A stretch of 64,000 nucleotides of DNA, from assembly GCF_040219995.1 (NCBI RefSeq), contig NZ_JAVJUC010000022.1, positions 70,417 to 134,416 of the forward strand. The letters run 5' to 3'. Shown here piece by piece: positions 10,501 through 17,200 of the stretch. Position numbers and translations under genes: made by a program. The stretch comes from Roseovarius sp. (GTDB taxonomy: Bacteria; Pseudomonadota; Alphaproteobacteria; Rhodobacterales; Rhodobacteraceae). Within the stretch, counting starts at the first letter, position 1, and the number at the start of each line of letters is the position of its first letter. A model generated the notes under the pieces. That model did no database searches, was not told the DNA's origin, and saw nothing but the letters and a program-made list of their open reading frames with translations.

Positions 10501-10999
10501 CAGCCTCAACCGCGAGGGGCGCGAGCGTCTGCTGACCGCCTTCGAGCAGGTCAATTCCAATTTCACGCTGCTGTTCCGCCATCTCTTCGGCGGTGGCGAG
10601 GCCAATCTCGTGCTTGTCGAGAGCGATGACCCGCTGGAGGCGGGGCTCGAGATTATGTGCCAGCCGCCGGGCAAGAAGCTGTCGACGCTGAGCCTGTTGT
10701 CGGGGGGCGAGCAGACGCTGACCGCATTGGCGCTGATCTTTGCGGTATTCCTCGCCAATCCCGCACCCATTTGCGTGCTCGACGAGGTGGACGCGCCGCT
10801 CGATGACGCCAACGTGACACGCTTCTGCGACCTGCTGGATGAAATGTGCCGCCGCACCGAGACGCGGTTCCTGATCATCACCCACCACGCCGTGACGATG
10901 AGCCGGATGGACCGGCTCTTCGGGGTGACCATGGCCGAGCAGGGGGTCAGTCAGCTTGTCTCGGTGGACCTCAAGAAGGCCGAAGCCATGGTGGCGTGA
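7544..10999 (+). CDS. smc: Chromosome segregation protein SMC
   Basis: Walker A GPNGCGKSN, long coiled coils with hinge, LSGGE signature, LDEVDAPLD; GTG start at 7544 follows GAGG (7538 is an alternative). Confidence 0.97.
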   Translation: MQFSKLRLTGFKSFVDPTDLIIADGLTGVVGPNGCGKSNLLEALRWVMGENRPSAMRGGGMEDVIFAGAATRPARNFAEVVIHLDNSDRLAPAGFNDADHLEIVRRITRDVGSAYKVNTKDVRARDVQMLFADASTGAHSPALVRQGQISELINAKPKSRRRILEEAAGISGLYQRRHEAELKLRAAETNLTRVDDVVEQLAAQLAQLARQAKQAARYRQIGEELRLAEGLLLYRRWKEADQARARAEEELRERTTAAARAETAARAAARARAKADDALPALREEEAIAGAILQRLTVQRDTLSEQEANARDRIETLEGRIAQLARDIERETGLNHDAGETIKRLDWEAAELAKGAEGHEARLEAAQEEARDAARVLQQRESDLSQMTEDMARLSARHQSAQRLIEDCRKTLAKSEAEAERARAAQSQSREALRKAETDQAAAAKAEAEAVAAAEAAEAALVTADEARAEAQTREAEARAARSEAEGEVNALRAEVTALAKLVERDTAEGGQIMDRLQVQQGFEKALGAALADDLRAPEVEADGPSGWTILPGYQTPQPLPEGVTALTNHVSVPEVLARRMSQIGLVDAEDAPRLQPLLKPGQRLVSTEGDLWRWDGFRAWAEDAPSAAALRLQQLNRLEELKQQLEHATARADGAMRAHEALREQLAACTEKDRAAREARRAADAAVNEANRALSRAEADSNLAGSRLESSSLAVTRHEEEAMAARKGLAEAEKGLSGLGDLEATRADLEDIKMTVEAARMTMMARRSAADELRRDGERRTRRSQEIAKEISGWRHRLETAEKRSAELAERKDASEAELAEASATPEILAAKRAELSEEITRSEARRAQAADALSTAEGAARQAGLNEREAERQASEAREARARAEARVDAARETRDLAAERIGEAMDTTPDALLESLGADPDTMPGSDAIEGDVNRLKRQRDALGAVNLRAEEDAKEVQEEHDTLVTEKADLEEAIKTLRGGIASLNREGRERLLTAFEQVNSNFTLLFRHLFGGGEANLVLVESDDPLEAGLEIMCQPPGKKLSTLSLLSGGEQTLTALALIFAVFLANPAPICVLDEVDAPLDDANVTRFCDLLDEMCRRTETRFLIITHHAVTMSRMDRLFGVTMAEQGVSQLVSVDLKKAEAMVA

Positions 11000-11085
11000 G
11001 CAATTTCGTGCGCATTTGCGACGTATTTTAACCTTTCCTTCACGTCGGCCCGGTGGTGTACTTTTGTTGCAATCCATTGCAGCAG

Positions 11086-11097
11086 AAGGAGGTGATC
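11086..11097 (+). promoter_or_regulatory. Extended Shine-Dalgarno AAGGAGGTGATC
   Basis: Full complement of the conserved 16S rRNA 3' end, located in an unannotated intergenic region. Confidence 0.7.
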
Positions 11098-11100
11098 AGG

Positions 11101-11190
11101 CTGAATGAAAGCAATTTTCGAAGATGGATGGTCTTTCTTGCAGCGGGAACGCTGTTGGTCACGGTCATCCGGCTTTTGACGGGACTTTGA
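11101..11190 (+). CDS. Candidate small membrane peptide / type I toxin (L/M)NESNFRRWMVFLAAGTLLVTVIRLLTGL; start uncertain
   Basis: One hydrophobic helix preceded by RRW; CTG 8 nt after AGGAGG; in-frame ATG at 11128. Confidence 0.45.
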   Translation: MNESNFRRWMVFLAAGTLLVTVIRLLTGL

Positions 11191-11195
11191 GTTCC

Positions 11196-11273
11196 TGAAA
11201 AAGAAGACCCTGCAGAGTTGGCGCTCCGCAGGGTCACGTTTTCGGTGCTCAGACTGAAAACAATTTTCGAATG
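11196..11273 (-). ncRNA. Candidate antisense sRNA (antitoxin-like), about 80 nt
   Basis: Minus-strand -10 TATATT (11277-11282); 5' part complementary to 11091-11122; ends in a hairpin followed by UUCUUUUU. Confidence 0.45.
11198..11242. terminator. Hairpin GACCCTGC/GCAGGGTC; strong U-tract on the minus strand, weaker one on the plus strand
   Basis: Stem 11206-11213/11228-11235 flanked by aaaaagaa and acgtttt. Confidence 0.7.
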
Positions 11274-11322
11274 ATCAATATACTGCCGATTCCTTAGCAA
11301 AAAGTAAAGCGCGGCCCGAGCC

Positions 11323-11352
11323 AAAAGAAAACGCCGCCACGGAGGACGGCGT
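11323..11352 (-). terminator. Intrinsic terminator of rplS-rpmE
   Basis: acgccg/cggcgt stem followed by tttctttt on the minus strand. Confidence 0.75.
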
Positions 11353-11378
11353 GATCTGTGTGCGTCTTGTCCGTGGTT

Positions 11379-11600
11379 TCAGAAGCCGAGGCCGGCATAC
11401 TTGTTCTTGAACTTCGACACGCGGCCGCCGGTGTCCATCAGACGCGAGGAGCCGCCGGTCCAGGCCGGGTGCACCGAGGGGTCGATGTCGAGCGAGAGCG
11501 TGTCGCCCTCGGCCCCGTAGGTCGAGCGCATCTGCACGACGGTGCCATCGGTCAGCTTGACGTCGATGAGGTGGTAATCGGGGTGGATTTCTTTTTTCAT
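11379..11600 (-). CDS. rpmE: 50S ribosomal protein L31 (Cys-less type)
   Basis: [10 protein letters not shown]...HPAWTGG...GRVSKF. Confidence 0.97.
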   Translation of the reverse strand: MKKEIHPDYHLIDVKLTDGTVVQMRSTYGAEGDTLSLDIDPSVHPAWTGGSSRLMDTGGRVSKFKNKYAGLGF

Positions 11601-11611
11601 CTTGCCAGTCC

Positions 11612-11995
11612 TTACGCCGACTTGCCCTTGAGGGGCTTGTAATGGGTGTCTTCCGCGATACGGGCCGATTTGCCGCGGCGCGCGCGCAGGTAGTAGAGCT
11701 TGGCGCGGCGGACGCGGCCACGGCGCACCACCTCGATATGCTCGATATTGGTCGAGTAGAGCGGGAACATGCGCTCCACGCCTTCGCCAAAGGAAATCTT
11801 GCGGACGGTGAACGAGCCTGCGATACCCTTGCCGTTGTTACGGCTGATGCAGACGCCTTCGAAGTTCTGCACACGGGTGCGCGTGCCTTCGGTCACCTTG
11901 TAGCCGACGCGGATCGTGTCGCCGGCCTTGAAATCGGGAATGGTCTTCCCGAGCGAGGCGATCTGTTCCGCCTCCAACTGAGCGATAATATCCAT
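11612..11995 (-). CDS. rplS: 50S ribosomal protein L19
   Basis: [11 protein letters not shown]...[15 protein letters not shown]...[10 protein letters not shown]; start moved to MDIIAQ. Confidence 0.97.
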   Translation of the reverse strand: MDIIAQLEAEQIASLGKTIPDFKAGDTIRVGYKVTEGTRTRVQNFEGVCISRNNGKGIAGSFTVRKISFGEGVERMFPLYSTNIEHIEVVRRGRVRRAKLYYLRARRGKSARIAEDTHYKPLKGKSA

Positions 11996-12048
11996 CGCTA
12001 TTCTCCTGATCTGCTTGCGGTTTTCCCCGCAAAGGTGGTTTGCGTCCC

Positions 12049-12115
12049 TCAGAGCTCTTGGTCTTCTTCCGGGTCCGCATGTGCGCCCGCCAGAGATCAG
12101 GGTCGTCCTTGTCTT
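12049..12115 (-). pseudogene. Possible relic duplicate of the trmD 3' end (PDLWRAH, frameshift, DPEEDQEL*)
   Basis: Echoes RRPDLWDRH at the end of the intact trmD; the DPxEDxEL tail match rests on recall of Rhodobacterales TrmD. Confidence 0.4.
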
Positions 12116-12222
12116 GTTCAGTCGTTTCTTCGGGCACCCCTCAAGGCCGAAGAAGGCCGGGCGGTCTGATGTGCCATATGAAACATGCCCGGAACAGCGA
12201 TGCCGATTCCAGACTGCGCGGT

Positions 12223-12251
12223 GTATAGGCGCAATCGGGGGGCGGATCAAG
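12223..12251 (-). promoter_or_regulatory. Sigma70-type promoter TTGATC-N17-TATACA for rplS, overlapping the trmD stop
   Basis: Read on the minus strand with 17 nt spacing. Confidence 0.55.
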
Positions 12252-13050
12252 CCTTGTCGCGGCGCGATTTCAGGTGACGGTCCCAGAGGTCCGGACGGCG
12301 GGTGGCAGTGAGGCGTTCGGACATCTCGCGCCGCCACGCCGCCACCTTCGCATGATCGCCCGAAGTCAGTACTTCGGGGATCGGGCGGCCCTGCCATTCC
12401 GCGGGGCGGGTGTAGTGCGGATGTTCCAAAAGGCCGCTCGAATGGCTTTCCTCGACGGCGCTCTCGGCATTGCCCAGAACGCCTGGCAAGAGCCGCACGC
12501 AGGCGTCGATCAGGGCCTGTGCCGCAATCTCTCCCCCGGTCATCACGAAATCGCCCAAGGAGACCTCTTCGATCCCGTAATGCTCGATCACGCGCTCATC
12601 CAGCCCCTCGAACCGACCACAGATCAGCGTCACGCCGGGTCCTTGGGCGAGGCGCTGCGCCATGGCCTGATCGAAGCGCCGCCCGCGCGGGCTGAGGTAA
12701 ATGAGCGGCGCGCCGCGCGGTGCGCTATCCTGCGTGCGGTCAATGGCGCGGCCCATCACGTCGGCGCGCAGGACCATTCCCGCACCGCCCCCTGCGGGCG
12801 TGTCATCGACATTGCGGTGCTTGCCCTCGCCAAAGGGGCGCAGGTCGATCGGGGTGAGCGACCACAGCCCGTCCTTGAGCGCGCGGCCCGTCAGGCTTTC
12901 ACCCAAGATACCCGGGAAAGCCTGCGGCAGAAGGGTGATCACCTGCGCCTTCCACGCGCGGGCAAGCTCCGGCGTGGGGGTGATCAGCTCTCGCGGTTGC
13001 AGGGTGGCGCGGATGGATTTGCGCCCGTGGGATTTGGGTGTGTCGCTCAT
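12247..13050 (-). CDS. trmD: tRNA (guanine-N1)-methyltransferase
   Basis: [45 protein letters not shown]. Confidence 0.97.
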   Translation of the reverse strand: MSDTPKSHGRKSIRATLQPRELITPTPELARAWKAQVITLLPQAFPGILGESLTGRALKDGLWSLTPIDLRPFGEGKHRNVDDTPAGGGAGMVLRADVMGRAIDRTQDSAPRGAPLIYLSPRGRRFDQAMAQRLAQGPGVTLICGRFEGLDERVIEHYGIEEVSLGDFVMTGGEIAAQALIDACVRLLPGVLGNAESAVEESHSSGLLEHPHYTRPAEWQGRPIPEVLTSGDHAKVAAWRREMSERLTATRRPDLWDRHLKSRRDKA

Positions 13051-13103
13051 GATGCTGCCGCTTAGCCTCTGGTGCGGGGGGCAGGCAAGGGGTTTTGCGT
13101 GGT

Positions 13104-13898
13104 TCAGCTATCGGACTGCTCGGCGCGACGGTAGCGGCGCAGCACCTTGCGCTTGGCCTCGGCCAGGGCCTTGTCGCCCATGGCAGAGCGGTTCAGCGCG
13201 AGAAAGTCGCGTGCCGCGTTTTCGGGCTGCGTGTTGTGTTGGGGCAGGGCGCCCAGCCCTTCGGTGGTTACGCCGAGGTGCCGTAATGCCGCGCCGAGCG
13301 GGCCGAGCGGTTCGGGGCCGATGTCTTCGATGCGGTCAGTCTCGACTTGTGCCAAAGAGCCGATGCAGCGGCGTGCCTCGCCCACGATTCGGGCATGATC
13401 GGCGGCGGGGGCCATGCGGTCGCGAAACGGCTCGAACTCCTCGGTCAGGCGTTGCGCGCGCAGGTTCTGCCAGTAGAGGCTGCGCAGCCACGTCTCGGGC
13501 GTGCGGGTGGTGAACCAGACGGTGATCTGCGCCTCTGGGCCGTAATAGCGGTGCAGAATGTTGACTGCAGAGCGGGCAAGGATCGGGGTGGCGGCGTAGG
13601 TCTTGACGCCCCTCAGGCCCGGCAAATGCCCGCTCAGCACCTCGGAACTGATCAGGAGCGGCCGGCGATCGCTGCTGTCCCGCGCCTCGAAAGCGTGTTG
13701 AAATTCCGTGGTAAAATGATCGAGATATTCATCCGTCCGCCGCTCGGAATAGTGCCGCGCGGCGCGGGCGGCCTCGATCAGGTCGGGGGTGAGCATCAGT
13801 TGCAGACGTGACCCGAGCATGTCCATTTGCGCCGTCGCGCCGCGTTGCAGGCTCGACGTGCCGGTCTTGTGAAAACCGGGGTGGAGCAGGATGCGCAT
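13104..13898 (-). CDS. Hypothetical protein with a sulfotransferase-like N-terminal motif
   Basis: LHPGFHKTGTSSLQ and LLISSEVLSG resemble PAPS-binding P-loop fold motifs. Confidence 0.6.
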   Translation of the reverse strand: MRILLHPGFHKTGTSSLQRGATAQMDMLGSRLQLMLTPDLIEAARAARHYSERRTDEYLDHFTTEFQHAFEARDSSDRRPLLISSEVLSGHLPGLRGVKTYAATPILARSAVNILHRYYGPEAQITVWFTTRTPETWLRSLYWQNLRAQRLTEEFEPFRDRMAPAADHARIVGEARRCIGSLAQVETDRIEDIGPEPLGPLGAALRHLGVTTEGLGALPQHNTQPENAARDFLALNRSAMGDKALAEAKRKVLRRYRRAEQSDS

Positions 13899-13901
13899 CG
13901 C

Positions 13902-14411
13902 TCAGAACAGCCCCTCGGGCGGGTCCGCGACGATCCGGCCTGACGCCAGATCGACCGTCGGCACCGCCTCGCGGGTGAAGGGCAAAAGCACCGTGGATTT
14001 GAGGCCGGGACCGTGGATTTCCAAGAGATCTGCCGCGCCGTGGTTGAGCACCGCCTTGACCCGGCCAAGCGCTGTGCCCCCGGTGTCGACCACGTCGAGC
14101 CCGATCAGGTCGGCGTGGTAAAACTCGTCATCCGGCAGGCTTGGCAATCGGTCGCGGGGCACGTAGAGCCGCACGCCGCGCAGGGCGTCGGCCTGTTCTT
14201 TGGTGGCTATGCCGGGAAAGCGCGCGGTGAGGGCATTGTTGGTCTGGCCTGTCAGGGTCAGATCGAAGCTGCGGCTGCCGTCCTCGGTGCTGAGTGGCGC
14301 ATAGTCGGCGATGTCCTCGGGGGAGGCGGTGAAGCTCTTGAGGCGCAATTCGCCCTTGACGCCGAAGGCTCCGGCGATGGCCCCCACGCAGATGCGGTGA
14401 TCGTCGCTCAT
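13902..14411 (-). CDS. rimM: Ribosome maturation factor RimM
   Basis: [33 protein letters not shown]. Confidence 0.96.
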   Translation of the reverse strand: MSDDHRICVGAIAGAFGVKGELRLKSFTASPEDIADYAPLSTEDGSRSFDLTLTGQTNNALTARFPGIATKEQADALRGVRLYVPRDRLPSLPDDEFYHADLIGLDVVDTGGTALGRVKAVLNHGAADLLEIHGPGLKSTVLLPFTREAVPTVDLASGRIVADPPEGLF

Positions 14412-14484
14412 GCTGCTCTCTCACGGTTGTGACCTGCATTGCAGGCTAGGGGAAAATCACGCCGATGCAAAGGGTTGGCACACA

Positions 14485-15114
14485 TCAGCGGGTCTCCGTT
14501 GGCAGGGTGGGGCGGCGTGTCTCCCATCCGGCCTGTTCCAGCTCGGGTGTGTCGCTGCGGGCCTCGGGCCAGCCGACGCAGAGATAGGCGACGAGCGACC
14601 AATCGCTTGGAATATCAAGATCATGTGCCAGTTGATCGGGGTCAAGGATCGACACCCAGCCGACACCGAGGCCCTTTGCGCGGGCGGTGAGCCAGAAGAG
14701 CGTGATCGCGCCCACCACGGAATAGCGGCGGGTTTCGGGCATGGTGGCCGCCCCGAGTCCCGCGCCCTTGTCGGTGCTGTCATCGCACCAGACCGCCAGT
14801 TGCACCGGGGCCTCTTGCATGCCCGAGAGTTTCAAGTTGCTGTAAAGCTGCGCCTTTTCGCCGTCATAGCCGTCGAGCGCCTGCGCGTTGGCGGCGCTGA
14901 AATTGGCGAGGGCGGCGGCGCGGGCGGCGGGGGATTGCACCTCGATCACGCGCCACGGTTCGCTGAGGCCCACGGAGGGGGCCAACAGAAACGCGTCGAG
15001 GCAATCGCGCAGGATTGCCTCGTCCACGGGATCGGTGCGGAAGCGGCGCACGTCGCGCCGCCACCGCATGAGATCGCGCAGGTTGGTCTGGAAGTCGTTG
15101 GAAAACTCTGACAT
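14485..15114 (-). CDS. bluB: 5,6-dimethylbenzimidazole synthase
   Basis: WRRDVRRF, APSVGLSEPWR, LSGMQEAP, GLGVGWVSIL. Confidence 0.93.
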   Translation of the reverse strand: MSEFSNDFQTNLRDLMRWRRDVRRFRTDPVDEAILRDCLDAFLLAPSVGLSEPWRVIEVQSPAARAAALANFSAANAQALDGYDGEKAQLYSNLKLSGMQEAPVQLAVWCDDSTDKGAGLGAATMPETRRYSVVGAITLFWLTARAKGLGVGWVSILDPDQLAHDLDIPSDWSLVAYLCVGWPEARSDTPELEQAGWETRRPTLPTETR

Positions 15115-15132
15115 TCCAGTGCCTTGCCTGTT

Positions 15133-15537
15133 TTACTCTTCTGCCGTCGCCTCTTCGGCCGCAGCCTTTTCAGCAGGGGCGTTCGCGGCTTCGGCTGCTG
15201 CGGCGGCCTTGGCGGCTTTCTCTTCGGCGCGGTCCTGAGCTTTCTTGCCCGGCACGGCCTTTTTCAGGTTGGCGCGTTCTTTCTTGGCGATCACGCCTGC
15301 GTTTTCGAGCATGCGGCTGATGCGGTCGGTGGGCTGTGCGCCCTGCGCCAGCCAGTGCTGGATGCGCTCCACGTCCATCTTGATGCGATCTTCGCTGTCC
15401 TTGGGCAGGAGCGGGTTGTAGGTGCCCAGTTTCTCGATGAAGCGGCCATCGCGCGGCATGCGGCTGTCCGCTGCAACGATGCGATAGAAGGGGCGCTTTT
15501 TCGAGCCACCACGGGCGAGACGGATTTTCATGGCCAT
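15133..15537 (-). CDS. rpsP: 30S ribosomal protein S16
   Basis: [38 protein letters not shown]. Confidence 0.98.
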   Translation of the reverse strand: MAMKIRLARGGSKKRPFYRIVAADSRMPRDGRFIEKLGTYNPLLPKDSEDRIKMDVERIQHWLAQGAQPTDRISRMLENAGVIAKKERANLKKAVPGKKAQDRAEEKAAKAAAAAEAANAPAEKAAAEEATAEE

Positions 15538-15566
15538 TTGATATTCTCCTTTAATGGCGGGGGTTT

Positions 15567-15589
15567 GGTGGGGTTGAACCCCACCCTAC
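15567..15589 (-). repeat. REP-like palindrome GTAG-GGTGGGG-TTCAA-CCCCACC
   Basis: Perfect 7 bp stem with a 5' GTAG; second copy at 46679-46701. Confidence 0.65.
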
Positions 15590-15882
15590 GACTGGTGCTT
15601 CTGGTGATGCCGGATCACCTCGGCGATGATGAAGTTGAGGAATTCACGGGCGAATTCCGGGTCGAGGTCGGCGGATTTCGCCAGGTCTTCGAGCCGCTCG
15701 ATCTGCGCGGCTTCGCGCGCGGGATCGGACGGGGGAAGGTCGTGTTCGGCCTTGAGCTTGCCCACCGCCTGGGTGTGCTTGAACCGCTCGGCCAGGGTGA
15801 AGACGAGGATCGCGTCGAGGCGGTCGATGCTCTCGCGGTGCTCGGCCAGAAGGGCGGCGGCGCGGGTGGCGTCATTGGTCAT
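15586..15882 (-). CDS. Chorismate mutase (AroQ type)
   Basis: RESIDRLDAILV..LAERF...VGKLK...DPARE. Confidence 0.9.
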   Translation of the reverse strand: MTNDATRAAALLAEHRESIDRLDAILVFTLAERFKHTQAVGKLKAEHDLPPSDPAREAAQIERLEDLAKSADLDPEFAREFLNFIIAEVIRHHQKHQS

Positions 15883-15968
15883 GGCGGGTCTCCCGGGCGG
15901 CGAACATGCGGGGCTGTATCACGTCGGTATTCTGTCGGTATCGCGTCGGTGCGCGGGTCAGGGTCATG

Positions 15969-16577
15969 TCAGTCAATTGGCATCCCCTTCGGCTTGAACA
16001 TCGGGTCGCAATAATGGGCGATCTCGAGCTCGATCCCGTCGCGCAACTGCCCCGAGGCGGCGGCGGAGGGGGACGGGTGGCGATAGACCGCATCCGAGCC
16101 GTCGATGGTTGCTGCCTCGCGATCCTTGGTGCAGCCGAGACGTTCGGCAAGGCGGATGCTGTCGAGGTTCTTGGGGTCGATATAGCTGACCGCCCCCTCC
16201 CAGCCTTGCCGCTCGTAGAAATGGCGGCGCACGGCGTGGGTGGCCTCAAGTGCATAGCCGCGACCGGCCTTGTCGGGCCAGATGATCCAGGCAATCTCGC
16301 GCTCGGGCCATTTGGCGGGGAACCAACCCCCGGCCATGCCGTAGGTCTCGTCCGTCAGCTTGTCGTGGATCATCCACATGCCGAAGCCGCGCACCGCCCA
16401 ATGGCCGATCTCGGCGGCGTAGAGCATCCACGCCTCGTAGCCGTTGAGCGGCCCGCCCATGAAACGCGAACGGTAGGAGGCGAAGGTCGCCTTGAAATCG
16501 GGATAGTCCCCGGCCTCGGGGCCGCGCAGCACGAGGCGGCGGGTCTCGATCACCGGGATGTCGGGATAGTTGCTCAT
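15969..16577 (-). CDS. GNAT family (RimJ/RimL-like) acetyltransferase
   Basis: IETRRLVLR, W..RGFG.W, PEREIAW, GRGYALEA. Confidence 0.88.
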   Translation of the reverse strand: MSNYPDIPVIETRRLVLRGPEAGDYPDFKATFASYRSRFMGGPLNGYEAWMLYAAEIGHWAVRGFGMWMIHDKLTDETYGMAGGWFPAKWPEREIAWIIWPDKAGRGYALEATHAVRRHFYERQGWEGAVSYIDPKNLDSIRLAERLGCTKDREAATIDGSDAVYRHPSPSAAASGQLRDGIELEIAHYCDPMFKPKGMPID

Positions 16578-17149
16578 GCGTAGGCTTCGACCGAGCCGTC
16601 ATCGTCGCGGCCAAGGGCGGTGTCGGTGGCGGCGTCGGGACCGGGGTGGCGGTAGAGCATGTCGCGGCCCATCGAGACGTTCTCATATTCGCGCTCGAAC
16701 CATGCGCCGAGGCGTTCGGCCAAGGCGACGGAGCGGGTGTTGCCCGGCAGGATGTTGGAGGTGAGCGTGGTGAACCCCAGATCCTCGTAGGCGTAACGGC
16801 GGGCGCGCAGCGCGGCCTCATGGGCGATGCCGCGCCCCTCGAAACCCTCGAACACGACCCAGCCCAGTTCCGGTTCGGGCCAGCCTTCGGGGTTCCAGAT
16901 GCCGCAGATTCCTGCGGGCGCGCCGGTGGCCTTGTCCTCGATCGTGAAATAGCCGTAGCCATGGATATGCCAGTGGCCGATATTGCAGGCCCACCAGCGC
17001 CAGGCGTCGGGGCGCGTCTCGGCCCCGCCAAAGCCCCAGGCGCGGTCGGGATCGGCGAAGAAGGCCGCGAGCGGCTCGAAGTCGCGCGGTTCAGGCCCAC
17101 GCAGGATGAGGTGGGTGCTGTCGAGCACAGGGGCTTGCGTGAGGCTCAT
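16574..17149 (-). CDS. GNAT family (RimJ/RimL-like) acetyltransferase, paralogue of the neighbour
   Basis: HLILRGPE, GYGYF, WPEPELGW, GRGIAHEA; start moved to MSLTQ. Confidence 0.88.
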   Translation of the reverse strand: MSLTQAPVLDSTHLILRGPEPRDFEPLAAFFADPDRAWGFGGAETRPDAWRWWACNIGHWHIHGYGYFTIEDKATGAPAGICGIWNPEGWPEPELGWVVFEGFEGRGIAHEAALRARRYAYEDLGFTTLTSNILPGNTRSVALAERLGAWFEREYENVSMGRDMLYRHPGPDAATDTALGRDDDGSVEAYA

Positions 17150-17200
17150 GGGCGGGCCTCCGGGATAATCGAGTATTTTTGGCAAGATGAAGTCATTGGA

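Larger units (their letters stand above)
11091..11275. repeat. Degenerate direct repeat pair at 11091-11125 and 11244-11275
   Basis: GGTGATCAGGCTGAATGAAAGCAATTTTCGAAGAT vs GGTGCTCAGACTGAA----AACAATTTTCGAATGAT. Confidence 0.8.

Noticed and set aside
11040-11324. 94 aa minus-strand ORF across the smc-rpmE gap
   Set aside because: No RBS, it runs through two terminator hairpins, and the composition is unremarkable. The sRNA plus small peptide reading explains the region better.
11838-12137. 99 aa ORF overlapping rplS
   Set aside because: It runs out of frame into rplS; only the short PDLWRAH segment is informative and is reported as a relic.
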